A stretch of DNA of 64,000 nt from an uncultured Verrucomicrobiae bacterium (GTDB taxonomy: Bacteria > Verrucomicrobiota > Verrucomicrobiia > Limisphaerales > Palsa-1400), in NCBI GenBank assembly GCA_963764165.1, contig CAVXRD010000002.1, positions 192,001 through 256,000 of the forward strand, read 5' to 3'. The notes under the pieces were generated by a model that searched no databases, had not been told where the DNA came from, and saw only the letters and a program-made list of their open reading frames with translations. Position 1 is the stretch's first letter, and every line of letters starts with the position of its first letter. The position numbers were made by a program, and so were the translations under genes. Shown one piece after another: positions 21,201 through 30,467 of this stretch.

Positions 21201-21320
21201 GGCGACCGACTTGGATTGGGAGGTGGACTGACCTAGCCGAGACCGCCCTTTGGCCGGCTTAGACGAAAGGCGGCGGGAGGTTGCGGGTGCGGGAGAGAGG
21301 TGGTCACGAGCATCAATCAT
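18216..21320 (-). CDS. nrdJ: Vitamin B12-dependent (class II) ribonucleotide reductase with C-terminal TSCPD-type domain and Zn ribbon
   Basis: FNSPVWFNVG, QGSACFI, GGKTRRAAKM, TNPCSEY, ACNLASLNL, APTGTI; C-terminal CPNCG...CYKCLNCG. Confidence 0.95.
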   Translation of the reverse strand: MIDARDHLSPAPATSRRLSSKPAKGRSRLGQSTSQSKSVAIDRVFSDAKVKPFDQIEWDKRTAEITDDGGKVIFKQENVEVPKSWSLLATKVVVSKYFYGEQNTGERETSVRQLIHRVCRTIADWGVRDGYFDAAKGEVFYDELVWLCVNQYGAFNSPVWFNVGLYTQYGVGKDSARGNWFFNRQTEKTERARTQYEYPQGSACFIQSVDDNMESIMHLAYSEAMLFKYGSGTGTDLSPIRSSREKLSGGGRPSGPMSFLKVYDQVANVVKSGGKTRRAAKMNTLRDWHGDIEEFIDAKQKEEMKAWALIEQGYDGSYNGDAYGSVMYQNENLSVRVSDEFMQAALDNKEWWTRKVSGQPLQKKEASKLLHKIAEGTWTCGDPGLQYDGAIQKWHTCKATEPIHSTNPCSEYVFLNNTACNLASLNLMKFKREDGVFDIERFKAAVRVYITAQEILVDNASYPTAEIAENSHIFRTLGLGFANLGSLIMSYGLPYDSDEGRALAGAVTAIMTGHAYEQSADVASVMGPFAGYKDARCAHVPKPLGRDNVDSMLGVIQQHRDEVENIHPSSEFAYLKEEARHCWDRALARGKQSGYRNAQVTVLAPTGTIAFLMDCDTTGVEPDIALVKYKLLAGGGMLKIVNRGVQDALRRLGYAEKEIAAMAAHVEKFDTIEDFTEEGVTIRSGLKPEHLPVFDCAFKAYRGKRSISYMAHLKMMGATQPFISGAISKTVNLPNECSVEDIKDAYVQAWKMGLKCVAIYRDGSKRSQPLNTRKTNESGENPPAVDDRVKELEAEVAKLRAQTGQPLRRRLPDTRTAITHKFDIAGHEGYLTVGLFENQQPGELFITMAKEGSTIGGLMDCVGTLTSLALQYGVPLEALMKKFAHQRFEPSGFTKNPEIRNASSIIDYVFRWLALQFIPDYRETMQRARNQPDLAMPGLAEEIKKKVNRPVSDLPLSDDTEIIVHATARIGNGNGNGSGNGAAKHEPHRVVTSLNDSVAHFQMDAPTCPNCGHMAVRNGACYKCLNCGESLGCS

Positions 21321-21434
21321 GGCGGGTCCTTATCGTAGATTGTTCAGTTTAAATATATACCAAAAAGTCGACCGATTCACGCCCTGAGAGTCCGTTAAAT
21401 CAGAGCAATTGGCCAACTCGTCAACAAGCAGTGG

Positions 21435-21482
21435 CCCCATTTAGTTGTGAGTCCTTGGGCAGTGTAGCCCCATATATGGTGG
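21435..21482. promoter_or_regulatory. Candidate tandem NrdR boxes upstream of nrdJ
   Basis: gccccatatatggtgg (21467-21482) fits acaCwAtATaTwGtg; weaker ccccatttagttgtga 32 bp away (21435-21450). Confidence 0.55.
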
Positions 21483-21604
21483 TGGCAAGCATTTTTTGAA
21501 AAAACTTACTAAAAATTTGTTCCCCACTAATTCGCCGGTTATTCGCATCATTATTCACCCTCCTTTTTCCCCTGGGGCGAGCTTTGCCTGAAACCAGTTT
21601 TGGA

Positions 21605-21660
21605 GGGTGCAAACTGGGTGCTGAAAACGGTAGGTGCAAGAGGGTGCAATAGAGTGCAAC
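21605..21660. repeat. GGTGCAA short direct-repeat array
   Basis: Units at 21606, 21633, 21643, 21653 (AGTGCAA) plus partial GGTGC near 21617; last three exactly 10 bp apart. Confidence 0.6.
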
Positions 21661-22018
21661 AGTTCTTTCCGGCGAAACCCGGTTGCATCGGATCCCGGAG
21701 AATTGAGGCAGGAGACCGCCTGACCGCAGTTCCACGTTCATCATCCATATTTATATGCATCTTCATATTCCCGGAGCACAGCGTGGCACATCCAACGCCA
21801 AACAGAAAACCTACGGGAGGTTTTTCGGCCCGGTTTTTGCCGAAAAATTGGGGGAAATTGAATCTGGAACAACCGAACTTAGGAAAAGAGGCCAGGGTCG
21901 TTATTCGGGCGACGGCCGTCAGTTGGATTGCGGAAAAGAAAGAATGTTTAACGGCGAATCAGGATTACCGATGCGCATGAAATCGGCTTGAGTCTCCTTT
22001 CCTGAGTTCGAGCGTTCC

Positions 22019-22130
22019 AGATTATATAATATATAATCTCAAAAAACCCGCTACATCCGCTACATCGTTGATCATCAACCAGATAAACCGCTACATTGGC
22101 CGCTACATGTCCGCTACAAAGCCGCTACAT
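22019..22130. repeat. AT-rich palindrome plus six CCGCTACA(T) direct repeats
   Basis: AGATTATATA-A-TATATAATCT (22019-22039); units at 22048, 22057, 22088, 22100, 22111, 22122; GTTGAT-C-ATCAAC palindrome at 22067-22079. Confidence 0.8.
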
Positions 22131-22271
22131 TTCCTCAAGGGGGTCGACTTTGCCTGTTACCAGAGGAAAAGAACGCCTGAAAGCCGCGAGAGGGCAGGAC
22201 GCCAACTCCCAACCTCGCGCGCTGAGGTTTGAAAAACGCATGAAAAGCCCGATTGGCCGACTGCTTCTTGT

Positions 22272-22421
22272 CCCCTCCCCCCGCCCAGCGGGGATAGGGT
22301 TAGGGAGAGGGGGAACTAGCAAACGACTTGATCCCGGCAATCGCGATTACAAATAGACTCGAGAAAACTATTCTTGGGCGCCTCTCTCTCCGGCTCTATC
22401 CCCGCAGGCGGGGCGAGAGGG
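22272..22421. repeat. Inverted doublet of CCCTC...GAGAGGG palindromic repeats
   Basis: ccctccccccgcccagcggggatagggttagggagagggg versus the reverse complement of 22381-22421 (ccctctcgccccgcctgcggggatagagccggagagagagg). Confidence 0.7.
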
Positions 22422-22624
22422 TGGGACGCCAATTCTAATATCCGTGGCCTTGGGAGGTTTTGCAGGCAAAAGAACAGCGGTTGTCAAAATAGGAGGTGGT
22501 CAGACAGAATTCTTCATCAGGCGCTGCCCCTCAGCGCCCTAGTTGCGGCATCGTTGGCAGAAACGGCAAAAAAGGCTTTCCCAGCCCCTTTCAGAGGCAT
22601 CTTCAATCCCCCCACCACCCAAGA

Positions 22625-22662
22625 TTGACCAGCCTGTCGGCTTATGGTATTACCTTTTGGTA
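22625..22662 (+). promoter_or_regulatory. Candidate promoter/operator of the toxin-antitoxin pair
   Basis: TTGACC (22625), 17 nt, TATTAC; overlapping GGTA/TACC inverted tetramers just before ATG 22662. Confidence 0.4.
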
Positions 22663-22928
22663 TGACGCATGCGACTATTGTGAGCGTAAAGATTCCGGCG
22701 CGGATTTTAGAACAGATTCCGCCCGCAGGACACGGACGAAGCGGCTTTATCGTGCAGGCGATTCAGGAAAAGATAGCCAAGCGCAAACCGGTGCCATGGA
22801 AACCGAAAACAGAACGCGGGCGCCGAATGGAAGCCCTGCTTAAAAAAGGGCAAGTCGAACGCGGGCCGCTGCTTTCTGACGCGCAGGCAGAGCAGGAATT
22901 GAAGGAACGCCGGGGGCGAAGTTTTTGA
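22662..22928 (+). CDS. Probable antitoxin (ribbon-helix-helix-like)
   Basis: IVSVKIPARILEQI...RSGFIVQAIQEKI; overlaps the PIN gene by 4 nt. Confidence 0.65.
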   Translation: MTHATIVSVKIPARILEQIPPAGHGRSGFIVQAIQEKIAKRKPVPWKPKTERGRRMEALLKKGQVERGPLLSDAQAEQELKERRGRSF

Positions 22929-23332
22929 AAACATTCTTGGACAGCGGCGTCTTGCTGCATGCCTGGCGCGGGGAAACGCTGTCAGGTGCCGCCATGAGCA
23001 TCATGGATGATGACAGTCGCGAGTTTTTCACGTCCCAACTGGTCCGGTTGGAACTTCTGCCCAAGCCGCGTTTTGAAAAACGGCCAAGAGAGGTGGCTTT
23101 TTATGAGTGGCACTTTGCAGATTGCGCAGGTTGCCAAGCCTTAAGCCAGGAGCTTGGATTAGAGGCTGAAAATCTTGCCGCCCGGCACGGTTTGGCCGGG
23201 CCGGATGCGCTGCAGATTGCCGCCGCCATTCGCCAAGGCGTGGAAGAGTTTTATACTTCCGAAAAGCCCGGCAAGCCCATGTTCCGGGTGAAGGAAATCA
23301 GGGTTGTTTCGTTGTATTCACTCTTGGATTGA
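22925..23332 (+). CDS. PIN-domain (VapC-like) toxin
   Basis: TFLDSGVL, RLELLP, L.GPDALQIAAA, FYTSE acidic PIN motifs. Confidence 0.85.
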   Translation: MKTFLDSGVLLHAWRGETLSGAAMSIMDDDSREFFTSQLVRLELLPKPRFEKRPREVAFYEWHFADCAGCQALSQELGLEAENLAARHGLAGPDALQIAAAIRQGVEEFYTSEKPGKPMFRVKEIRVVSLYSLLD

Positions 23333-23370
23333 ATATAGGCGCCTCACAATGTTGGGCGACCCTTTTTTTG

Positions 23371-23399
23371 GCCACAGATGAACACCGATCAACACAGGT
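23371..23399 (+). repeat. Solo CAGAT-decamer tandem arm
   Basis: gccacagatgaacaccgatcaacacaggt; same family as 28582, 30611, 31785. Confidence 0.7.
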
Positions 23400-23430
23400 T
23401 TTCTGATAATCGCTGTTTGACAGCATTATT

Positions 23431-24228
23431 TTGACAACGCAAGTTCTCGCTGTGAAAAAGCCAATGTGTTTGCTTGTTGCGGCTGCGCTCGCCGGGCTGG
23501 CATGCGCGTGCCATACGATCCAAACGCGCCTGCTAAGATACCAAGTTCGGCACATGACCCTGCCAAGCGAACAGCTCACCAACATGGATTACCTGGTCCA
23601 GTTGCCCAATGGCTACGAACAAGACACCAGTCGCTCGTGGCCACTGGTGTTTTACCTGCACGGGATCGGGGATGGCCAGAATTTCACCAAGGTTCTTCAC
23701 TTCGGCCCGCCGCATCTCGTTGATGAAGGAAAAGACTTGCCATGCATCGTCGTGAGCCCGCGGCTGCCAGCGGGCCATTTCTGGTTTCATGAATCGAGAA
23801 TGTTGTTTGCCATCCTGGACGAGGTGATCAGAAGCAATCGGGTGGACAAAACACGAATATGCGTGACTGGGAATTCGTTGGGTGGATTTGGGGCCATTGC
23901 CCTGGCCGCGCTTGAGCCCGAGCGATTTGCGTCACTGGTTCCGATTTGCGGGGGCGTTGATTATCTTGACAGCATGCGGCTGCGCGATGTTCCCATTTGG
24001 GCGTTCCACGGCGAAAAGGATCCTATAATTCCGGTTGAGGAGTCCCGGCGGCTAGTCAGGCTGGTCAACGAGATTGGCGGGCACGCGAAGCTCACCACCT
24101 ACCCAGGCGTGGGTCATCATTCCTGGGAGCGCGCCTACGAAGACCCTGAGTTATGGCAATGGATTCTCGCGCAAAAGAAAGAGCCGCGAGATGGAAAAAT
24201 ACGCATTAACCTAACCGGGTGCGATTAA
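23431..24228 (+). CDS. Alpha/beta hydrolase (phospholipase/carboxylesterase, predicted peptidase type)
   Basis: WPLVFYLHG.G, TGNSLGGFG nucleophile, PIWAFHGEKDP, YPGVGHHSW; start uncertain. Confidence 0.85.
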   Translation: MTTQVLAVKKPMCLLVAAALAGLACACHTIQTRLLRYQVRHMTLPSEQLTNMDYLVQLPNGYEQDTSRSWPLVFYLHGIGDGQNFTKVLHFGPPHLVDEGKDLPCIVVSPRLPAGHFWFHESRMLFAILDEVIRSNRVDKTRICVTGNSLGGFGAIALAALEPERFASLVPICGGVDYLDSMRLRDVPIWAFHGEKDPIIPVEESRRLVRLVNEIGGHAKLTTYPGVGHHSWERAYEDPELWQWILAQKKEPRDGKIRINLTGCD

Positions 24229-24301
24229 CCATCGACGGCCTCCCTGCTTTTGGTGGGAATCGCTTGCCAATGGCGGGGGAGCGATTATTCTCTGGCGCAA
24301 C

Positions 24302-25633
24302 ATGAGCGTCCTCCGCAAAGCCACCCGCGCTTGGATTCCTTTGGCGGCCGTTCTATTTCTGTCCGCCCTTCCCCTGCCCGCGCAAGATGTTCAGGATTTG
24401 AAAAAGGAACTCGATCAATTGCGGGAGCAAAACCGGCTGCTGCAGGAGCAGTTGCAGCAGCAGCGGCAGATGATCGATCAATTGAATGCGAAATTTTCCG
24501 GCTTGCAGCAAAGCAACCAGCAGACACAAACCGAACTTCATTCCCTGCAGAGCGCTTCAGAAAATCCGCCCGCCCTGGAGAAGCCCGCCAAATTCTCGCT
24601 CGGCGGAGTGACCATCAGCGGGGAGGGCGCGGTGGGCGTCATCGAAGGCCAAAGGGCCACCCGCTATGACCAGGGTTCTCTCCTGCTGGATGAGGCGCGG
24701 CTGTTTTTCGATGCCCCCGTTTGGGGAGATGTTTATTTTTACAGCGAGGTCGATTTGCAGACGCGGGACAATTATGAAGCTGATTTCACGCTGGGCGAAA
24801 CGTATCTCGAATGGGATAACCTTGGAAAACTCTGGAAGAACGATCAAACCCTCAACGCGCGCCTGGGCCAATTTTACATTCCGTTTGGCGAGGAATACCA
24901 ATACCGATTCGCCATGGACGACGTTTTGATCACGCATTCCTTGAGCGACCTGTGGGGAGTCAACGGCGGCTTGGAACTTTTTGGCGCCTTCGCCCCTCTT
25001 AGCTATGTCGTCGCGGTGCAGAACGGCGGAATTTCCACGGTCGACACCGGCACGGCCGACAAGTCGGTGGCCGGGCGCATCGGTTATGACCCGCTGCCGT
25101 GGCTGCATTTGAGCGCCAGCGGAATGCGCACAGGGCATTTGAGCCCGACCGATGACGGGATCTCGGCGCAATGGTTCGGCGGGAATTTTTTCAGGCCGAT
25201 TGGCGGCGCGGCGACAACGGTTTTTCAGGCAAACTTGGCGGAGGCGGATGCGCAGGCTAAATGGAAAAGCGGTTATGTTCGACTGGCGGGTGGTTATGCC
25301 GATTACGACGACAACAATTCGTCGGCCGATGACCACCGGGACATCTATTACTATTACGTGGAAGTCCTGCAAGGATTGGCGCCCAAGTTTTACGGGGCGG
25401 CCCGCTGGAGCCAAATCCGCGCTCCGGCCGGCTATCCGCTCGCGGGCGATATTGAGGCCCGCCCCCCGCCTTCCACGACGGATTTATGGCGGCTGAGCCT
25501 GGGATTGGGCTACAGATTCAGCCCGCATTTGACGTTAAAAGTGGAATACGCGTTTGAAGAGGGCCAATGGACCGCGGGCGGCTCCCGCGGGGGCGAGAAT
25601 TTATTTGCGGCGGAAGTCGCGTTCAGATTTTAG
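24302..25633 (+). CDS. Outer-membrane beta-barrel/porin-like protein with N-terminal coiled coil
   Basis: Signal peptide, Gln-rich coiled coil, GQFYIPFGEEY, alternating beta strands, terminal FRF. Confidence 0.75.
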   Translation: MSVLRKATRAWIPLAAVLFLSALPLPAQDVQDLKKELDQLREQNRLLQEQLQQQRQMIDQLNAKFSGLQQSNQQTQTELHSLQSASENPPALEKPAKFSLGGVTISGEGAVGVIEGQRATRYDQGSLLLDEARLFFDAPVWGDVYFYSEVDLQTRDNYEADFTLGETYLEWDNLGKLWKNDQTLNARLGQFYIPFGEEYQYRFAMDDVLITHSLSDLWGVNGGLELFGAFAPLSYVVAVQNGGISTVDTGTADKSVAGRIGYDPLPWLHLSASGMRTGHLSPTDDGISAQWFGGNFFRPIGGAATTVFQANLAEADAQAKWKSGYVRLAGGYADYDDNNSSADDHRDIYYYYVEVLQGLAPKFYGAARWSQIRAPAGYPLAGDIEARPPPSTTDLWRLSLGLGYRFSPHLTLKVEYAFEEGQWTAGGSRGGENLFAAEVAFRF

Positions 25634-25638
25634 CATTT

Positions 25639-26326
25639 ATGAAGAGAGTCTTGCGCATGGCGGCGTTGGCGATGGCGATGGCTGCTGTGTCGGCATCACG
25701 GGGCGGTTCCATTTCCGGCACCGTTCGGGCTGAAGGCAAACCGGGGACGGATGAGGTACTCGTCGGCGGGCGCTTATTCCAGCAAAGCTCTCAAGAACGC
25801 GGAGCGCATCGACTACGAGGAGATGCACGACTTCATCGTCTACATTGAGGGGCCGGTGCCAGGGGCGAAACTTCTTCGCCCAAACGAAAAAATTGTCCAG
25901 AAGAATGCCACTTTTGTGCCACACTTGCTTCCGATCATGGTCGGAACCACGGTCGAATTTCCCAATGACGACAATATTTTCCACAACGTCTTCTCCAAGT
26001 CCGACGCCATGCCGTTCGACCTGGGACTTTACAAAAAAGGCGAGGCCGATCATTCGGTGACGTTCACCAACGTGGGCCAGGTGGATGTGTTCTGCTCGAT
26101 TCACGCGCGGATGAATTGCGTCATTCTTGTGCGTGACAATCCCTACTTTGCGGTGACTGATGGGCGCGGACGCTACACGATCCCGGATGTTCCGCCGGGA
26201 ACTTACAAGCTGGTGGCGTGGCAGGAGCGGCTTCCGAAGGATGTCAAACAAATCACGGTGCCCGAGTCCGGCCCGCCGGTCGTGGCGATGTTCACGCTGG
26301 GGCCCAAAAATCTGCCCAAATACTGA
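25639..26326 (+). CDS. Secreted cupredoxin-like plus carboxypeptidase-regulatory-like domain protein, split by a single-base frameshift near 25768-25770
   Basis: Signal peptide MKRVLRMAALAM..GSISGTVRAEG in one frame; FPNDDNIFHNVFS, FCSIHARM, GRYTIPDVPPGTY in the other; removing one G of GGG joins them. Confidence 0.75.
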
Positions 26327-26359
26327 CGGCCCTTCCGCACTGTCGCTGGCTTCGCCGGA

Positions 26360-28612
26360 GTGAATCTAAAATTTCAAAGCAAAGTATTGATCCCCGTGGT
26401 GACGGTGATGGTGCTGTTTCTGGCTGGCACGATGTGGCTGGTCAATAACCGCATTCAAAAGCAGCTCGAAACAGAGCATCAACTGGACCTTCGCAATACG
26501 GTTTCGCTGTTTTCGACCAATTTCGCGCGGCGCACGGAGAATTTGAACCGCCAATACACCACGATTGCCAACCGCCAGGAACTCATTGCGCTGGCGGATA
26601 AATTCACCGTCCCCGACGACGACCCCGAAACGTCGCGCCGGACCATGCAGAGCTATTTCGATGACCAGCAATTTCCCGCGGGATCGGTCGTCATCTTTGT
26701 CGGCCCGACGAATCAATGGCTGGCTGGCACAACCAATGCCGCTTTTACCAACGCCAGCGCTGCGCTGGTCAAGGACGCGCTGGAAACCCGCGCCGCACAG
26801 GGCCGCATGGTGCAGGTGAATGATTCCCTGCTGGATGTCATCGCGATTCCGACCATCCGAGCCGACGACAACAGCCTGCTGGGGGCGTTGGTGGTCGGTT
26901 TCGCCATGGATGACGCCACCGCGCAGCAGCTCAAATCCCCGGAAAGCCAGATCGTTTTCATAGCTCACGATCGCATTGTCGCAAGCACGCTGAGCGACAA
27001 GGGGCTGAATCCCTCCCTGCTCCGCGAATACCATTCGCGGCTGGAGAATCGCTCCGAGGAAGCGACCTTCATATTGCAAAACGACCATTACGCCGCCCTG
27101 GCCGGGCATTTTCCTGATTTGCGAAATGACGCCGACGCCGGCTACCTGCTTCTCTCCTCCTACGAGCAATCGTGGCGGGAGTTCCAGCAAACACAGCATG
27201 TCCTGATTTTCTTCAGCCTGGCCGCCCTCGCGGCTGGCGCGGTGATTGTCTATTTGCTTGTCAGCCGCGTGACAGAGCCATTGCGCCTCTTGCGCGACAG
27301 CGCGGAGGCTGTCGGACGCGGCGATTTCTCGCGCCGCATCGACATTCATTCAAAGGACGAATTGGGCGAGCTGGCCGCTGTCTTCAACCAAATGACCGGC
27401 AACTTGCAGAAATCGCTCGCGCAATTGGAGAAGACCGTCGAAATCCTCCGCGCGACCCAGGCGCAATTGAGCCATTCGGAGAAATTGTCGGCCGTCGGCG
27501 AATTCGTGGCGGGCGTTGCGCACGAATTGAACAATCCCCTCACCGCGTTGATCGGCTATTCCGAACTGCTGCAAATGGGCAGCGTGAATGAGGAACAGCG
27601 CGATTCGCTCCAGCGCATCAGCAGCAGCGCCGAGCGCTGCCACAAAATCGTGCAAAGCTTGTTGAGTTTCGCCCGGCAGCATCCGCCGGAGCGCAAGCTG
27701 GCCAGTGTCAACACGCTGGTGGATGGCGTCATCGAGATCCTCATATACGAATTGCGCACGAACAATATCCGGGTGGAGAAGAATCTGTCGCCAACGCTGC
27801 CTCGATTGCTGCTGGACCCGCACCAGGTTCAGCAGGTGTTTCTGAACATCGTCAATAACGCCCGCCAGGCGATTGAGGCGCACCGGGCCAGCGGCCTCAT
27901 TCGCATCACCACCATCGCGACCGGACAAAAGGTGCGCATTATCTTTGAGGACGATGGGCCGGGCATTTCCGAGGAAAATCTGGCGAAAATTTTCAATCCA
28001 TTTTTCACCACCAAGCCTGTCGGAAAAGGAACCGGGCTGGGGTTAAGCCTGTCCTACGGGATCATCCAGGAGCATGGCGGCACCATCACGGCGGCCAGCA
28101 AACCAGGTGTCGGCACCACCTTCGTGATTGAATTGCCAATCACCAACCAACCGGAAACTGGCGCCGCTGAGGCCGCCTCCGCCGCCCGCCCGGAATTTGG
28201 CCAGGGCCACGGCCGCAAAGTTTTGATTGTTGACGATGAGGCGGACATTTTGGATTTGGTGGGCAAAATTCTGCGTCCGCAAGGATACTCGGTGCAAACG
28301 GCGCCGGAAGGCGAAGCAGCGCTGCGCGAACTGGCCGGCGCCAAATTCGATCTGATCGTTTCCGACTGGAAAATGCCCGGCGTCAACGGCCAGCAACTGT
28401 ATCTGCGCCTGCTCGAGCGCGACCCTGAAGCCGCCCGCCGAATGGTATTCATGACTGGCGATGTGCTGAGCGAAAAAACGGAGAAGTTCCTCAGCGAGCA
28501 CAAAAAAATCTGCCTGCCGAAGCCATTCTCCATCCACGACTTTCAAAAGGTCGTCAACGAAATGTTCCGCCAATCTGGGCAGCCACAGATGGACACAGAT
28601 CAACACAGATAA
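26360..28612 (+). CDS. Membrane hybrid histidine kinase (TM-periplasmic-TM-HAMP-HisKA-HATPase-REC)
   Basis: [51 protein letters not shown]...DWKMP. Confidence 0.92.
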   Translation: MNLKFQSKVLIPVVTVMVLFLAGTMWLVNNRIQKQLETEHQLDLRNTVSLFSTNFARRTENLNRQYTTIANRQELIALADKFTVPDDDPETSRRTMQSYFDDQQFPAGSVVIFVGPTNQWLAGTTNAAFTNASAALVKDALETRAAQGRMVQVNDSLLDVIAIPTIRADDNSLLGALVVGFAMDDATAQQLKSPESQIVFIAHDRIVASTLSDKGLNPSLLREYHSRLENRSEEATFILQNDHYAALAGHFPDLRNDADAGYLLLSSYEQSWREFQQTQHVLIFFSLAALAAGAVIVYLLVSRVTEPLRLLRDSAEAVGRGDFSRRIDIHSKDELGELAAVFNQMTGNLQKSLAQLEKTVEILRATQAQLSHSEKLSAVGEFVAGVAHELNNPLTALIGYSELLQMGSVNEEQRDSLQRISSSAERCHKIVQSLLSFARQHPPERKLASVNTLVDGVIEILIYELRTNNIRVEKNLSPTLPRLLLDPHQVQQVFLNIVNNARQAIEAHRASGLIRITTIATGQKVRIIFEDDGPGISEENLAKIFNPFFTTKPVGKGTGLGLSLSYGIIQEHGGTITAASKPGVGTTFVIELPITNQPETGAAEAASAARPEFGQGHGRKVLIVDDEADILDLVGKILRPQGYSVQTAPEGEAALRELAGAKFDLIVSDWKMPGVNGQQLYLRLLERDPEAARRMVFMTGDVLSEKTEKFLSEHKKICLPKPFSIHDFQKVVNEMFRQSGQPQMDTDQHR
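28582..28610 (+). repeat. CAGAT-decamer tandem arm inside the kinase 3' end
   Basis: gccacagatggacacagatcaacacagat(aa) encodes PQMDTDQHR and the stop codon. Confidence 0.8.
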
Positions 28613-28783
28613 GAAAAGCCAACAGAAGGTGGCAAGGGAAACGAAGGAGGGCGAACTCTACCGGGCCACAGGGCAGACGCATCTTAATTCCGAGGTAGGG
28701 ACGCCTCGCCGAGGCGTCCGGTTGCGCGTGAAAATGCTTCTGGCGTTGTGCGTGAATAACGCCTCACCACGGACGCCTCGGCG

Positions 28784-30467
28784 GAGACTGTCTCAAAACG
28801 TTTTAGTCTGGCCGATCTGGTTATATGGGCACCAATAGGGGCTGTGGAAACGGGTGTCAACTTTTAGTTGTCAGAGCGTGGCTGGCGTCAGCGATGACGC
28901 CAAGCTTCCCTTTCCCTCCTTTTTTAGGCCGCCATCGCCAAATTTCCTTCAACCGCGGCGGTTTTGACTTCCATTTTCGGCGTCTGGACCCGGGCCTGCC
29001 ACTTTTTATAGAGGATTCGCAGGTTCAAGGTGGCGCATAACAAGGCCCATTGGGCTTGCACGGCTTCCAGACCCCAAACTGTCCAACGCCGAAAGCCGTC
29101 GTGTTGCTTGAGCTGCCCAAACCGGCGTTCGATGATCTCTTTGCGCTTTCCATAAAGCGCGGCGGGTCCTGGCTCTTGCAGCCGGGCCCGCATGGCTTGC
29201 ACCAGCGTGGTGTGCGGCCACACTTCGACTTGCCGCCCTTTGGGATCGCGGCTGCAGAGGGCGCGCACGGGACAGTCTCGGTGATGGCAGCGGAAGCGCT
29301 CAACGGTCTGGCCTTTCTTGGTGGTCTGGCCTTCGTGGTCCAGAAGGCGCTCTTGCGGGCAGGTGACGGTGTGGGCCGCCTCGTCATAATGAAAATGCTG
29401 CGTCGCGTAGGCGTTGTCGTGGGCTGGCTTGCCCTCCGCCGGCGGGGCCAGCACATTCATCTGCTGTTCCACGGCCGCTTTCAAGTCGGCCCCGCCCCCA
29501 TAGCCGGCGTCGGCGGCGGTGAGGGTTGGAATGGCCGCCGGACCGAGGTTTTGCCTCGCTTCTTCAATCATGGGGACCAGCTGGCCGGCGTCGGTTTCCT
29601 GGCGGGTGGCTTGACAGGCGACCATGATGCCCTCCTGGCTGTCGGCCACCGCCTGGGCGTTGTAGGCAAAGCGGTTGGTGTCGCCGACTTTCATCCGGCG
29701 CGCCTCCGGTTCGGCTGGATGGTAATGGTGGCGCCCGTCGGCCTGCAGCTGGGCCAGGCCTTTTTTGATTTCCTCGCGCAGGGCCTGGCGCTGGGCCAAC
29801 CCGGCGGGCAGCCGGCAGCCCGGTGCGCTGGAATCCTGGTTCTCCGCCACGACTTTGAGCTCGATTTCCTCCAAGGCGCCATCCAGCTGGGCCAGGAGCT
29901 TCTCCATGTAAACCTTGCTCCAGCCCTGCGGCCCGCTGCAGGCGGCTTGAATCTTGGTGCCGTCCAACGCTTGCAAGGCAAATCCCACCGCCCCGGTGCG
30001 GAGGGCCAGCTGCACGGTTTGCTTGAAAACCTGGCGCAGGGCCTTTTTGTTTCCGTCCCAGAACCGCCAGAGGCTGTTGTGGTCGGGGGCGTTGAGCCCC
30101 GTCAGCCACAGCAGCGAGACATGCTCCGTGCAGGCGGTTTCCAGCTTGCGGGTGGAGCGAATGCGGTGGAAATAACCGTAAAGCCAAATCTTGAGCAGGA
30201 GGCTGGGGGCATAGGGCGGACGGCCTTCGGCGGCGGCGGGAATGACAAACCCAAGCTGGGGCAGATCCAACTGGTCGACAAATTCGCGCAGGAAGCGGGC
30301 GGGATGGTCGGCGGACACCCAGTCCTCCAGGGCGGGCGGGAGGAGGAACTGCTGTCCGTAATCAGGGGCAATCGGTTGAGCCATATTTGTTGAACGGCAT
30401 TGTCAACTAAAGGCTCACATATTGTCAAATACATTCCTCAAAAAACAGAAGTTTTGAGACAATCTCT
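28784..30467 (-). mobile_element. IS1182-family insertion sequence, copy 2
   Basis: TIRs GAGACTGTCTCAAAAC / GTTTTGAGACAATCTC (15/16); same junctions as copy 1. Confidence 0.93.
28924..30384 (-). CDS. IS1182-family DDE transposase
   Basis: 486-aa translation identical to 2529..3989. Confidence 0.95.
   Translation of the reverse strand: MAQPIAPDYGQQFLLPPALEDWVSADHPARFLREFVDQLDLPQLGFVIPAAAEGRPPYAPSLLLKIWLYGYFHRIRSTRKLETACTEHVSLLWLTGLNAPDHNSLWRFWDGNKKALRQVFKQTVQLALRTGAVGFALQALDGTKIQAACSGPQGWSKVYMEKLLAQLDGALEEIELKVVAENQDSSAPGCRLPAGLAQRQALREEIKKGLAQLQADGRHHYHPAEPEARRMKVGDTNRFAYNAQAVADSQEGIMVACQATRQETDAGQLVPMIEEARQNLGPAAIPTLTAADAGYGGGADLKAAVEQQMNVLAPPAEGKPAHDNAYATQHFHYDEAAHTVTCPQERLLDHEGQTTKKGQTVERFRCHHRDCPVRALCSRDPKGRQVEVWPHTTLVQAMRARLQEPGPAALYGKRKEIIERRFGQLKQHDGFRRWTVWGLEAVQAQWALLCATLNLRILYKKWQARVQTPKMEVKTAAVEGNLAMAA

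Noticed and set aside
21321..21600. Cobalamin riboswitch upstream of nrdJ
   Set aside because: No B12-box consensus could be identified by eye; a covariance-model search would be needed.
21551..22628. Small ORFs in the nrdJ-toxin/antitoxin intergenic region
   Set aside because: They translate repeats, overlap each other in conflicting frames and lack recognisable domains.
2389..30467. Composite transposon bounded by the two IS copies
   Set aside because: Each copy has its own complete REP target and duplication; the interval holds ordinary chromosomal genes.
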